From Mizuhopecten yessoensis (taxonomy: Eukaryota): a stretch of 64,000 nt of DNA. Both the position numbers and the translations under genes were made by a program. Position 1 is the first letter of the stretch, and the number at the start of each line of letters is the position of its first letter. The stretch spans positions 6,260 to 70,259 of the forward strand of contig NW_018403488.1 of NCBI RefSeq assembly GCF_002113885.1. Reading direction: 5' to 3'. Below are positions 11,445 to 25,760 of the stretch, in pieces. Below the pieces are notes generated by a model. It made no database searches. It worked only from the letters and a program-made list of their open reading frames with translations, and had not been told where the DNA came from.

Positions 11445-14400
11445 CCAAAGAACTAGCAAGTGAATCTCAGCATGTTAAGATATTACTCTTTTCTTCCGGG
11501 GAAAATGCTTTTAACCAGATATTGCTTTGAGAACACCAGACACTGTATATATAAGAGATAGTATACAGCACAGCTTTTTATCAAATATTATCACAACACT
11601 AAACGCGACGATGTAACAGCTGTACACATTTTCCAATTCAACATTAAATTTTCTCCTAAAAACTATATCTCGGAATTCTTGGATTGTGTTAAGACTATTA
11701 GAAATAAGACTTTACATTTCGATTAAGGAAGAATGCTTGTTGAAGTAATATAGTGTACACGCGATACTGATAACACAGTAAACCACAGCATCAACATGAA
11801 AGGTAGAACTCTACCTCACCATCATGTAAGTGGTGAAACTGGGACAAGTTTTATGTCTGTGAAATAATCTGTATGTATGACGACATTTGAGTCAGATTGT
11901 AATGCACTTTTTTGTAAAATAGCAATTAATCAGTAAATGGGAATATGGTTTTTCTTGAGTAGGTCATCTCTAAGTTACGTCATCGAGTCATACCATTAAG
12001 ATAACCCTAAACATGTGTCATAAGCTTGACCTTAAACGCACATCATCAGGATGACCTTAAGGTCGAGCTGTTACGTTGGCCCTAAGGTCAAGCTGACACG
12101 ATTACCTTAAAACATAGATTTAAGTCAAACAGTTATGAACGGATTATTATTTTATTTTTATCAATAAGTTATTTATCTACAACTAAAGCTTACTGTTTAA
12201 CGTTATACAGTCGTAGTTGATAAAAATATGAATGTTGTTCTCTTCTATGATGTCCGTGTTTTATTAGATTAGGAAAACAACTGATATTTAAATATTCATA
12301 GGTGATTTTTTTTTTTTACCATGATACGGGCAAGTATGCAGAGGACACACTGTGTAAGCAACCTGTGTTGACCCTTGTGTGTGATTCTTGTGGGGGTTTT
12401 CTGTGATATTATGTAAACAGAACAGCCACCAAACAGCTGTAGTCGTTTGAGTGTTTGATTCGATGGTCTGTACTGGGTTATTTGAAGTGAACTGCTGAGC
12501 TGCACGGTCCAAATACAACTTGGCGACAAGCAGTAAACATGCAACAAAAGAGAAAGAATAGTACATGCATTCGTCAAGAAAATGTATACATGTCTTTATT
12601 TGCTTGTGAGAGTTTTGATGCCAATTTGTTTTCGAACTCTAATTATCAAATTAGACTATATGTGATTGACATCTTACACAGGACAACCAATCAAAATGGA
12701 AAATCGTATGTCGTGTTTGGAATGTATTAAATTTATACTAACAATAGTAGCAAAACATAATAAGTCTCATAGATGTTTGATACATGTAACTAAGTAACAT
12801 ATTGTTATTCTATCTATTGATAACTGAATAAAAAGCATATTTGGAAACAAAGCGTTGAGTTTATCTGGGTTAATTGATCCCGTGTTACCATCCTGTCTGA
12901 ACTACGGATGTTCCAATGAACAAGTAACGGTATGTGACAGTGAGAAACAGGGGAAGAGACTTGGTCCAATGCAAATGGAGTGAACATATTAAAAAAGGAT
13001 TCTTTTCGCATACAAATCGATTTATTACACAAATCAAAGTATATGTTCGGTCAGCGTTAGACCAAACATTACGTTGAAGGGTCATGATGGTGAACAGCCA
13101 AACTCAACTGATTGGGATTAGGATGGTAACCTGGGGTCAAGGGGCGAAAATACGACGAACAGTAGTTGAAGGCGTACATTAACCACATACTTTTTATTGC
13201 AGCAGGGACTTATTACAGGAACATGAACGATACATACACATACATGGAAAATGTATTTACGATGAAATTCTTACACTTTACTTAGCCTAACTCTTGCCTA
13301 ACTAAATATCTAAGACTTGCATGTTCGACAATAAAAGCTCTTCTCGTCTTATTGTTTAGGAATCTATAAAATTTAATAAAAAAAATACTGTAGAAAATTT
13401 TATTTATTACATATAATACATGTCTACAAAAATTCGATTCCGTATGTTATACGTGAAGGAAATGTGTATTTTTTGGTTTTGAACATATTTTAATGTTTTT
13501 CTGTTGGTCTATGTGACCTGGTGGGGGTCAAGATCTTTTGATTTCAGAAGATAAACGGACGGTTATCAATTCTGGCAACCTGCCATATATCAAGACGCAA
13601 ACGTCGACATTTTGGATTATATTTGATAGTGTGCCTTGTTATTTCGTAGTCACTACCCTGGTTCTCGCGATGAGAACATGACATTATTGGATTTGAACTT
13701 CATGAACACGACAGCTGTCGTCGATGAAACAGTAGACGTTTAACCTTCTGGCCCACCTGGTCTTATTATCTTGAGCTTTTCAAGTACCTCCATTTAAGCA
13801 TATATGTTCATATTTCGCCATCTTATTATCATTTTTGAGTTGGAATTTCTGTTTAGTTGAAACTATTTATTCCATTGGTTTATTATTTTAGTTGATTGAA
13901 TTCAGATAGTGATAAATTTAGGCGATCATGTAACAACGGGACTGTGTTTTTTTATTTTGATATTATTTTTCTTTTCTGATGGCTATTCGGCCATCACAAA
14001 TTAATACTTTTTCAGATAGATTAGAGGCACATTCTATTTATAAATGTACATTACTGAATAATGAACTCAAATAAGGAGAGATGTCAAATGCTTGTAAGTA
14101 AAGAAAGGACATAAGGATAAAGATGTAGAAACAAAGATAGTATATAAAAAAAATCAACGTAGCAAGCTTTCACTCTGAATTCAGAAAAGGAATCCCATAT
14201 TAAGTCAGACGTTGGTTTTCTTATATCTTTTCATATTTATTCATATACCGATAACAAAATTTGATGCATGGACCTATTATTCTCTACTGTATATTGCACA
14301 TTTTAAACTGTGTTAAAACACTCGATGAAATAGTAAACATGGCAAGACTTAACTTTATGGAAAGGTTAACAACAGGCCGTTCGTCATGCTCTACTTCTTA

Positions 14401-14779
14401 TCTACCGGCCGGCATCTAGCGATAATCAGGCGTTACCCGACACTGTTGAGAATGCACATATTTAAATTTAGCAGACACACAGATAAAGCCCTCACTGTCA
14501 TTTAATGTACAATTTATGGAGTGTTTAAATGGAAAACATATATGACCTAGGTTACAATAAAACGGCAGTTTCCCGACTTTGTAGAGAACTTGTATCTACA
14601 GATTTGTAAAGATCATAATTCAAATCAAAATACATGTAACCGTTGAAAGAAATTTAACTTCAATCACTGTAAACACTAGTTTGACCTACATCAAGGTAGA
14701 TAAAAGTAAACGTACATGACAAGGAATTTAACCTACAGCGCTTTAAAACGGAGATTTAACTCCATCACTTTAAACAGCA

Positions 14780-16632
14780 GTTGAAATTACATCACTGTTA
14801 CCAGTAGGTTAGCCTACATCAAGGTAAACAACAGTTAGTTTAACCTACATCACTGTTAAAAAAAGGTTAGACTACGTCACTGTTAACAAAAGTTGGACTA
14901 CAACACTGTTACCAGAAGGTTAACCCTACATCACTGTAAAATAAATTTGACTATGTCACTGTTACCAATAAGTTAACCTACATCACTGTAAACAAACGGT
15001 ATGTTACATCATTATTACCAGTATGTTAGACTACATCACTGTTACCAGTAGGTTAGGCTACATCACTGTAAAAAAACGTAAGAGTACATCACTGTTACCA
15101 GTAGGTTAGGCTACATCACTGTAAACAAAGGTAGACTACATCACTGTAAACAAAAGGTAGACCACATCACTGTTACCAGTAGGTATGCCAATATCACTGT
15201 TACCAGTAGGTTAGACTATATCACTGTAAACAAAGGTAGACTACATCATTGTTACCAGTAGGTAAGCCAATATCACTGTTACCAGTAGGTTAGGCTACAT
15301 CACTGTAAACAAAAGTAGACTACATCACTGTAAACAAAAGGTAGACCACATCACTGTTACAAGTAGGTATGCCAATATCACTGTTACCAGTAGGTTAGAC
15401 TACATCACTGTAAACAAAGGTAGACTACATCATTGTTACAAGTAGGTAAGCCAATATCACTGTTACCAGTAGGTTAGGCTACATCACTGTAATCAAAAGG
15501 TAGACTCCATCACTGTTACCAGTAGGTTAGGCTACATCACTGTAAACAAAGGTAGACTACATCACTGTAAACAAAGGTAGACTACATCATTGTTACAAGT
15601 AGGGAAGCCAATATCACTGTTACCAGTATGTTAGCCTACATCACTGTTACCAGTAGGTTAGGCTACATCACTGCAAACAAAGGTAGACTACATTACTGTT
15701 ACCAGTAGGGAAGCCAATATCACTGTTACCAGTATGTTAGCCTACATCACTGTTACTGCTAGATTAGACTACATCACTGTTACCAGTATGTTAGCCTACA
15801 TCACTGTAAACAAAGGTAGACTACATCACTGTTACCAGTAGGTTAGGCTACATCACTGTAAACAAAGGTAGACTCCATCACTGTTACCAGTAGGTAAGCC
15901 AATATCACTGTTACCAGTATGTTAGCCTACATCACTGTTACCAGTAGGTTAGGCTACATCACTGCAAACAAAGGTAGACTACATCACTGTTACCAGTAGG
16001 TAAGTCAATATCACTGTTACCAGTATGTTAGCCTACATCACTGTTACCGCTAGATTAGCCTACATCACTGTAAACAAAAGTTAGACTTCATCACTGTAAA
16101 CAAAGGTAGACTCCATCACTGTTAACAAAAGTTAGACTACATTTAAAATATATTTTATTGATTAAACAAAAGGATTGAGCAACAGGCTTTGCCTATATAA
16201 GCTCTCTCCATGGCTTCAGGTTAGACTACATCACTGTTACCAGTAGGTAAACCTACATCACTGTAAACAAAAGTAACACTTCATCACTGTTACAAGTAGG
16301 TAAACCTACATCACTTTAAACAAAAGTTAGACTCCATTACTGTTATCAGTAGGTAAGCCAATATCACTGTTACCAGTAGGTTAACCTACATCACTGTAAA
16401 CAAAAGTAACACTTCATCACTGTTACCAGTAGGTAAACCTACATCACTGTAAACAAAAGTTAGACTCCATCACTGTTATCAGTAGGTAAACCTACATCAA
16501 GGTAAATAAAAGTTAGAATACCTCACTGTTACCAGTAGGTAAACCTACATCACTGTAAACAAAAGTTAGACTCCATCACTGTTACCAGTAGGTAAACCTA
16601 CATCAAGGTAAGCAAAAGTTAGACTACCTCAC
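14780..16632. repeat. 22-23-bp minisatellite array (copy A)
   Basis: Alternating CTACATCACTGTTACCAGTAGGTTAG and CTACATCACTGTAAACAAAGGTAGA variants; short A/T-rich insertion at about 16140-16218. Confidence 0.93.
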
Positions 16633-16734
16633 TATAAAGAAAGTGAGCCGGGGGATTTTTTGTTTCCCCCTTTTTTAACACATCTTTCATAATAACTATG
16701 TTTTAGCAGAAAAGCCACACAACAACTAAACTGT

Positions 16735-16857
16735 TATCCTCTATTTAGACATGTATCCGACTTTCAGATAAATCAAAATGTAAGCGTAAATATGCATTTG
16801 TTTTTATCCTGGAATCATATCTCTGAAGGTCGGATGAATGTCTAAATAAAAGATAAA
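16735..16857. repeat. Inverted repeat, probably a MITE fragment
   Basis: TTATCCTCTATTTAGACATGTATCCGACTTTCAGATA pairs imperfectly with TATCTCTGAAGGTCGGATGAATGTCTAAATAAAAGATAA. Confidence 0.6.
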
Positions 16858-17924
16858 ATATTGTGTCTGTTGTACCAAAAATTATGGGTATTATATAGGA
16901 TTAAAAGTGTAAAATAGGAATAGTGTAACAACATCTACTGAACACCTTTTCGGCAATATTGTACATTATGTAGACCAAATCGTTCTTTGAATGATTGGTA
17001 AACCTCGAACGCTTGTGTGTGTCGGACGCAATCTTTTTTGTTATGAAGAGAAGTTCTAGTTTGAGTTATCGCCCCATCGCACATGCTTTAATAGACCGAG
17101 TAGAGCGGGGTCTGTAAACTATAGACCCCGGAAAGATATCCAATCAGAAAGAGTGTTACAAATTAGAAGTCAGACAATGTTGTATGGGTTAGAGTGTATT
17201 TGGGAATAACATACCAAAATGTGTTGACATAATTAAGCCGATATATAGCAAGGTCACAGTAACCTACCTATCAATAATGTGCTGCTTTTTTTCGGCCATT
17301 TTTATTATTTGAAGCTTAAGTGTTACACAATTCATTAAAATTATGAAGACTCTTTCAAATCATAATATGATGTTTTGTCAAAAAGAGATCATTTGTGATT
17401 TTGGTCCCCCACTTTAATCCGTCATTTCTCGGAAGCTGACATTAAATTCATGTCATATGACATAACCCCAAGGTATGTATATACAACATTGGAACTTATT
17501 GGTGATATCCACAAGGATTACAAACTTGGCACCGATCTAAATTTCAAGATTTTAGTTTATATAACAAGGCAGATGCCTTCATAATGGTGGGATTATGGTG
17601 TTTATTGTTCGTTAATAAGGTGTTCTATATATATCCGAAGATGGGAACAACTATAAGTTGGTGTTTTGTTGTTTTTTGGTGGGTTTTTTAAGATGCAGAC
17701 ATCTACAATGGAGATATCTTACAGCACAAATTTCGTCAATTTAAAAATCATCAGTTTTCCTAAAGGTAAACACAAAACAAACAAAAATTATAATTAAACA
17801 TTACATGTTTAAAGTGTCAGGAAACATGTGACGAAAACAGGTGCCAATAAAACTTATAAGATTACAAATTACGTTTGAAAGCAACAAATAACTTATATTT
17901 TAACTAGTATTTCATGTAAACCAC

Positions 17925-18525
17925 TTCATCCACAACCCACTGATATTAGAAATATAAGTGTCCATACAGGTTGGTAAGTAGAACGGTTGTATGCTTGATC
18001 ACAGACTCTACGTCATCCACCACCGACTGATAATAGAAATATAAGTGTCCATACAGGTTGGTAAGGAGAACGGTTGTATGCTTGATCACAGACTCTACGT
18101 CATCAACCACCCACTGATATTAGAAATATAAGTGTCCATACAGGTTGTTAAGGAGAACGGTTGTATACTTGATCACAGACCCTACGTCATCCACAACCCA
18201 CTGATATTAGAAATATAAGTGTCCATACAGGTTGGTAAGGAGAACTGTTGTATACTTGATCACAGATTCTACGTCATCCACCACCCACTGATAGTAAAAA
18301 TATAAGTGTCCATACAGGTTTTTAAGGAGAACGGTTGTATACTTGATCACAGACTCTACGTCATCCACCACCCACTGATATTAGAAATATAAGTGTCCAT
18401 ACAGGTTGGTAAGGAGAACGGTTGTATGCTTGATCACAGACTCTACGTCATCCACCACCCACTGATATTAGAAATAGAAGTGTCCATACAGGTTGGTAAG
18501 GAGAACGGTTGTATACTTGATCACA
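17925..18525. repeat. 87-bp minisatellite, about 7 units (copy A only)
   Basis: AATATAAGTGTCCATACAGG recurs at 17951, 18038, 18125 and onward. Confidence 0.95.
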
Positions 18526-19599
18526 ATTCAATGCATGAAAACAAATGGAAATCAATGAAAGGCACTCCAGCGTGTACAATGTTTGTTATGGTGTATGGTC
18601 TAATATTACACTGTATGATACAAGAAGGTTACACTTTTATCAATTTGATATATTAAAGATATCAAAGTTGCAAAAGATCATAGTTTTCGAGAACCGAAAT
18701 ATATGCCAAAGTAATTATGTTTTTGGGTTTTTGGGTAGAATACCAGTACTTTCAGCAATATAGTTATCGCTGTTCATTTGTGGATGGCATTTAAGTACAG
18801 AGAAATTAGCTTCTTAGTCAGTTAACATTCCTTAGTGGTTTTCTCCCAAAAATCCTACATTAAAAACGACGAAACCAACGCTACAGGAATATACTCTTTC
18901 TGTACTCTTTATTCAAAACATTCTTAATTGTTATTTTTCACTCCAAAGTAACTTAAACTGAAGTCTTCCATCATTGTCCGAAACAGCTGTCTATGGTAGG
19001 GATAGAGTTACAAAATTTACATACTGTAACTGGTAATGCAAACCATGCCAAACGTCATTACAATAAGTTCGTCACATATCATGACGTAGGTCTCCGAAAA
19101 CAGGAACAGTATTCATTTCACGCCTAGTTTCACATATCTCATGAAAATGTATGTCCAGGTGTGAATGATAATGGATAACGTTATTTGAATAGAGTTCCCA
19201 TAATCCAAAATGTTAAGATAAATATCAATGATTTCACACAGTGTCTTAATTTTAGAAACTTATACCTCTGTTACTTGAGAAACCTTTGAGCGTGAGGTAT
19301 CCTGTTATAATCTACATGTATCCCTAGTTATAGGTGCAGATCAATAGTATGACAGTACTCTTAATGATAGATAACATACTTAGTAATGTATTGTCAAACA
19401 TACTGTTTTACACTTAACCAATTCGGTGTACTTATCAATAATATTATCGGCAACAACATGTAATATGATTCTCTACACAATGTAGCAAATATTGGTGTTA
19501 ACAGAGCGGACGACGAGACAATTTATATAAATGTAGTTATGGGGAAGGAAAATGTGACAACAAGTCAACAATACAGGATAATGTGAACACTGATAGTAT

Positions 19600-21210
19600 G
19601 ACGTTACTGTGGTAACTAGTACAGTGTTGTTACCGAGACAGACGATGTCACACAATAAAATTGTAGTAACTAGGACGGACGCTGTGGTAACTAGTTCAGT
19701 GTTGTTACCGAGACAGACGATGTGACACAATTAAGTGTAGTAACTAGGACGGACATTGTGGTAACTAGGACAGTGTTGTTACCGAGACAGACGATGTGAC
19801 ACAATTAAAGTTTAGTAACTAGGACGGACATTGTGGTAACTAGTACAGTGTTGTTACCGAGACAGACAATGTTACACAATTAAAGTGTAGTAACTAGGAC
19901 GGACATTGTAGTAACTAGTACAGTGTTGTTACCGAGACAGACGATGCGACACAATTAAAGTGTAGTAACTAGGACGGACATTGTGGTAACTAGGACAGTG
20001 TTGTTACCGAGACAGACGATGTGACACAATTAAAGTGTAGTAACTAGGACGGACATTGTGGTAACTAGTACAGTGTCGTTACCGAGACAAACGATGTGAC
20101 ACAATTAAAGTGTAGTACAAATGTAACTAGGACGGACATTGTGGTAACTAGTACAGTGTTGTTACCGAGTCTGACGATTTGACACAATTAAAGTTTAGTA
20201 ACTAGGACGGACGTTGTATTAAATAGTACAGTGTTGTTACCGAGACAGACGATTTGACACAATTAAAGTTTAGTAACTAGGACGGACGTTGTATTAAATA
20301 GTACAGTGTTGTTACCGAGAAAGACGATGTGACACAATTAAGTGTAGTAACTAGGACGGAGTTTGTGGTAACTAGTACAGTGTCGTTAGCGGGACAAACG
20401 ATGTGACACAATTAAAGGGTAGTAACTAGGACGGAGGCTGTGGTAACTAGTACAGTGTTGTTACCGAGACAGACGATGTCACACAATTAAAGTTTAGTAA
20501 GTAGGACGGACGTTGTATTAACTAGTACAGTGTTGTTACCGAGACTGACGATTTGACACAATTAAAGTGTAGTTACTAGGACGGACGTTGTGGTAATTAG
20601 TACAGTGTTGTTACCGAGAAAGACGATGTGACACAATTAAAGTGTAGTAACTAGGACGGACGTTGTGGTAACTAGTACAGTGTTGTTACCGAGACTGACG
20701 ATGTGACACAATTAAAGTGCAGTAAGTAGGACAGACGTTGTGGTAATTAGTACAGTGTTGTTACCGAGACAGACGATGTGACACAATTAAAGTGTAGTAA
20801 CTAGGACGGACGTTGTATTAACTAGTACAGTGTTGTTACCGAGACTGACGATGTGACACAATTAAAGTGTAGTAAGTAGGACAGACATTGTGGTAATTAG
20901 TACAGTGTTGTTACCGAGACAGACGATGTGACACAATTAAAGTGTAGTAACTAGGACGGACGTTGTGGTAATTAGTACAGTGTTGTTACCGAGACAGACG
21001 ATGTGACACAATTAAAGTGTAGTAACTAGGACGGACATTGTGGTAACTAGTACAGTGTTGTTACCGAGACAGACGATGTGACACAATTAAAGTGTAGTAA
21101 CTAGGACAGACGTTGTGGTAACTAGTACAGTGTTGTTTTCGAGACAGACGATGTGACACAATAAAAGTGTAGTAACTAGGACGGACGTTGTGGTAGCTAG
21201 TACAGTAGTG
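19600..21210. repeat. 75-bp minisatellite array (copy A; heterogeneous units)
   Basis: Unit ACACAATTAAAGTGTAGTAACTAGGACGGACGTTGTGGTAACTAGTACAGTGTTGTTACCGAGACAGACGATGTG. Confidence 0.96.
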
Positions 21211-22450
21211 TATTTGTCGGGAAATGCGATGGCATCCGTCATTCAAAGATGTACCAGTGCACCAGGTTTTATGATCCAAGGTAAAATATGGAGGAAGACT
21301 TGCAATCTTACAGCTCATAAGGTACTAGTTAATACACAAGGTGGTTACAATCACAGTTTCCTGCATGTCTCAATGAATACAGTTCATCATTTTAAGATTG
21401 CGGTAGAGAAAACAGTTTGCAATCTAAATAAAATACATTCTCAACACTAGAAATAACAAAAGAACACCAAGGTGTGACCAAAACCGTGATTCGAATTAAA
21501 AATTGATAAATAATGACTTGGAAACACATGGAAGGAAGATAGTATGCAAAATAGATGTAAAAATGTTCACAACTGGTTGACGTCTCTCTGATGTACCACA
21601 AAACCAAGTTTTATTATTCTGGGAAAAATTATGAGGATGATTTACAATCTCATCAGGCGGGTTATGATCATAAGTACCTATAGTTTGTCTATGCATTATG
21701 TCCCTAGTTAAGCGGTTGGGGGTATTGGCAAGGTGTTGCAAGCTAGATTTCAACTATTATGTAAAAGGTCAGTAATGAAAGAATAAATTTTAACTTCACG
21801 AGACAACAAGAAAATACCGTAGTATGAACAAACCGTAATTTGAATCCAAAATTAAAAAAACAAGACAAAATATGAAGGAATGATTTACATATAACGTAAA
21901 GTATCAGGGAATACGACCAGTTGCTTCAGAAAAGTAGTCGACTTTGCTTCTAAGCCGACACCTGCCCTGAACATCTTTGTAAATTTCATAATGCTATGTC
22001 CTTGAAGTGCGAACTAGCATTGGGACATCCAAACAACAAATGGCATTGATTAGCATGATATCGTAAACAAATTAATATCCATTTCGGGAATAGAGAAAGA
22101 CTTTTTCCCAACGAATTCATTATGTCGACAATGATCTTAGCACATGATGATGACCATAAAAGTTCGTTAATTTTATGGCCACAACAAAATCGTCATGTGA
22201 TTAAAAAGTATCTTTATTATTGGTATTTTTTTGTTAACTTTTAAACAGTGGACTTTTTTACCATGGGTAGCTGAAACGATGTTTTTTGTCCATAACTACA
22301 CAGGTTAATCCCCTTTGTCATATTTTTCAAAAGGCTCCCTCTTTCATAGTGCGTCAAATATGCAAAAAAGTAAAGGTACATTAATGATAGCATTATGCAA
22401 AGTCCCAAATGATGGCGTGCGAATAAAAGAAAACCACATGGAAAAAAAAT

Positions 22451-22667
22451 GGTTTGTGTCTGTTTAACGTCTTATTTACAGCAATGGTCATTTAAGGACG
22501 TGCCAGGTCTTGGTGGTGTAGAAAGCCGGAGTTCTCGGAGAAAAACCACCGACATACGGCCAGTACCTGGCGACTGCCTCACGTAGGCCACAAACCCGCG
22601 ACCCAGTGTAGGAGGGCTAGTCAAGCAGAATATAAGACGCCTGAACCATTTTGCCACTGGAGCCCCT
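22451..22667 (-). mobile_element. tRNA-derived SINE (V-SINE-like)
   Basis: Minus strand begins GGGGCTCCAGTGGCAAAATGGTTCAGG (A-box-like). Central CCGGAG...GGAGAAAAACCACCGAC on +. Its tail TGTTTAACGTC...GGTCATTTAAGGAC is shared with the element at 25246. Family assignment is from memory only. Confidence 0.7.
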
Positions 22668-22901
22668 ACATTAGAAGAAAATACATTGTAGTATACAAAT
22701 CCATTCATGCATATCAACGTATTCAGACCGGATCTGTCTTTGACTTCGATCACATCACTCCTATCTCTTTGAGACACGTAGCTCAATATAGCCGCCCTAC
22801 TTTCTTCTTGCACCTATATTTGACTGGTATTGCAAATAAGTTCTGAACAAAAGAATCTTCTTAATTATTAGATGCATGTGTAATAACTTAAGGTTTTTAA
22901 G

Positions 22902-23291
22902 GAAGTTAGCACCGGATTCGTTATTCGTTTTTCGTTTTTCGAACTCATACACCTAAACACCCCCATTTGGCCTTGGTGTGTTATAATCGTTAACTGGATA
23001 TCCAAAAGCCCTGCTTTTCCTTATTTGCTATTTGAATAACGAAAAAAAAAAAACGAATAACGGGAAAGCTCGTTATTCGTTATTTGTTTTTCGTTTTTCG
23101 TTTTTCGAGCTCATGCGCTAAAACACTGCCGTAATTGACCTTGGCGTGTTAGAGTCGTGATCTGAATATCCAAAAAACACTAATGATTCTTATTTGGTAT
23201 TTGAAAACGAAAAACAAAATTGAATAACGAATAACGGGAAAACTCGTTATTCGTTATTCGAATAACAAAAAACGAATCCGGTGCTAACTTC
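22902..23291. mobile_element. MITE with 21-bp terminal inverted repeats
   Basis: GAAGTTAGCACCGGATTCGTT ... AACGAATCCGGTGCTAACTTC; internal TTCGTTA / TAACGAA repeats; absent at the paralogous site near 46295. Confidence 0.85.
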
Positions 23292-23849
23292 ACGGTGCAC
23301 TAGTGTATTGAATTATCAGGGTATGCAATACACAAATGCAATAAGTATTGTCTAAATTAAAGATAAACAAGTTCATAATTTATCACTGTTTATATGAAGC
23401 TTTCTTCGTTACCTTAAAATACCTGCGATTCAGTCTCTGGTAATTCTAACTACAGTAAGAGAAAACAAAATCTTAACGATTTATTTTGAAAGCAAGTCTC
23501 TTGCATCGCCATGCGTTATGTGTACTTTTTACCGATACAGATTTCGGTGTTATGATAGTTTTATCCTTTATTCAACGGTTAAGTGACAGCAGGACCTTGG
23601 CCTTAATAGAGTGTCACGTCAAAAAATCAGTTGTTCGTTTCCCTAGCTTCTCTTCACATCAAATGTTATTTTAAAATTTTGCTTTGTTGCAAATATGTTA
23701 ATCTACTTGAATCATAGAACTATATTATTCTATCCATTACACCTGTTACTTATAATAACTGTTACATATGTTTTGTGGCATTTACAATTGTTATACAGCT
23801 TTTACCATAACAACATATGTTTAGCACATTTCAAAAGTTTGACTGTTTG

Positions 23850-24387
23850 TTAAGATGTCAGCAAATCCGTAGAGTACAAAACTTCTTAAGATTCTAAGGT
23901 ACCAGGTCAAAATGTGATGTTTACTACCTTCTGAAAATCAAACCATATGAGCTATATGAGAAACAATATAATGACCATCATCCTTAATTATTGTTTTCAC
24001 ATCAGCAATATTCTTCTTTGATGCTGCAACTCTCTGATGTCAACTTTATCATACTTTCATTTGTTCAGCAATCTGAAAATATTTCTCATTTTTACGGCAG
24101 AGGTGCCTTTTATGCTGCACAATTCTGCATGTTTCTGTTTTGAAGGTTACTGTAAAGCCCACCGAGCTTTAATATATGAGCGTATTTTAGCAATGAAAAA
24201 GGAGCCACTAGTCATGAGTGCAAAAAAAATCAACAACGAATTACTTGTTCAATTATTGTCGCATGATGTCGACATTTTGAAATTTCAAAGCTTTTACAGT
24301 CTACATGTACCTAGGCGCTAAATTATTTAATCAATGTTCGTATGGCAGCTGTAAAGTGACATAATTTATTCAAAATTGGCCCTCGTA
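23850..24387 (-). pseudogene. Degenerate Tc1/mariner transposase fragment (copy A)
   Basis: Minus strand reads KIRSYIKARWALQ*PSKQKHAELCSIKGTSAVKMRNIFRLLNK*; end GGCCCTCGTA at about 24378-24387; paralogous to 50220-55289. Confidence 0.75.
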
Positions 24388-25245
24388 CAAAATAAATATC
24401 TTTGTAAGCAATAGGGTTTCCATCCATTGCTTTCTACATGGAGTATTTATGTCGGTGCACATGACGGTATTACGGAAGTGTTTCATTCACAATTAATGCC
24501 TAATTTTTGAACTGGTATAGTTATATATCTAACAGTGATGTAAAAGTACAGGTTTAGATACCAAATAGATTACATGGTTTGGTTGTATCAGTCAACAGTC
24601 AAAATATACTTGCATGTTTTGCGAACCACCGTAAAAACAAGGGTTTGTTTGGCTATTTTCTTTTGGTTTAAATTTTAATTTTAATTCATATCTCATTTAA
24701 AATAATTTCAGCAGAACAATCTTGCCTATTCCTTGATAAAACTACCTGCTGCCCACCACTCTTGATTGGTGTTATCTGATGGCAGCTATACCAGTAAGCT
24801 GCAACATCTGTGTAGTTTATTGCTTAGTTAACCACAAATCAAAGTGTTCCTGTCCTAAAATGGCTTCTTATCAGGCTTGCCAACCTATTCATAACAGCCT
24901 CCTGATCCTAGCCACGTAAACGTGCTAGTATTCCGCTCAAAACTGTAAATGTGTTCCATAATGTGAACACGTTAAATTGCCTGGTATAACAGTACAAAAA
25001 TGTCAAGGAAGGTTATGTTTTTTGCAACATCCATGTGCAAATTTACGAATTGGCAAGATATAAAATACGAACTGGTTGTATAAATAGATACGCTTTTCAG
25101 GCTGTTTGATAAAAACAATTTCTTTCGTTAATTCCAACATCTCACAGAGGGTCACTTTACCAAGCAAACGCACCAAAATACGAAGTAAAAAGGGAAACAA
25201 TATAAAACATTAGTGACACCTTATGGTCGTTTCCTCCATGTAATG

Positions 25246-25760
25246 TTTGATTAAGTGTAGTATTGTTTAACGTCCTATCAACAGCTATGGTCATTTAAGG
25301 ACGGTCTCCCCTGTGTTCAAGATGCATGTGTGTAGTGTATGTGTGTACGTTTTGGGAGGCTGCGATATGTTCGTGTTTGTCTTCTTGTGATAGCGCGGGA
25401 CTGATGCCAACTTTACAGTGAAACATACTGCCGAAGACTGCCAGGAGGACACCCCACCCGGTCACATTATACTGACAACGGGCGAACCAGGCGTCCCACT
25501 CCTAAATTGCTGAGCGTTAAGCAGGAGTAGAAACTACCATTTTTAACGACTCGGGTATGTCTCGGCCAGGGGACAGAACTCAAAGACTCTAACAGGGGCG
25601 AACGCTCAACTAAAGGCCAAAAGTAAGGCATTGGCAGGGGTGACATTAGGAAGAAAAAAGCTGTTTAGAAAGAAGAGAAAAGATAAGATCCCAAATTTAG
25701 TCGCCTCTTACGATCATGCAATGGGGGCGGCAGGTACAATTCTTACGCCCTACCTGCAGG
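25246..25760 (-). mobile_element. tRNA-derived SINE (Meta/Deu-type core suspected), possibly composite
   Basis: Shared tail TTGTTTAACGTCCTATCAACAGCTATGGTCATTTAAGGAC; core TATACTGACAACGGGCGAACCAG...GCTGAGCGTTAAGCAGG; degenerate tRNA head near 25560-25620. Confidence 0.65.
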
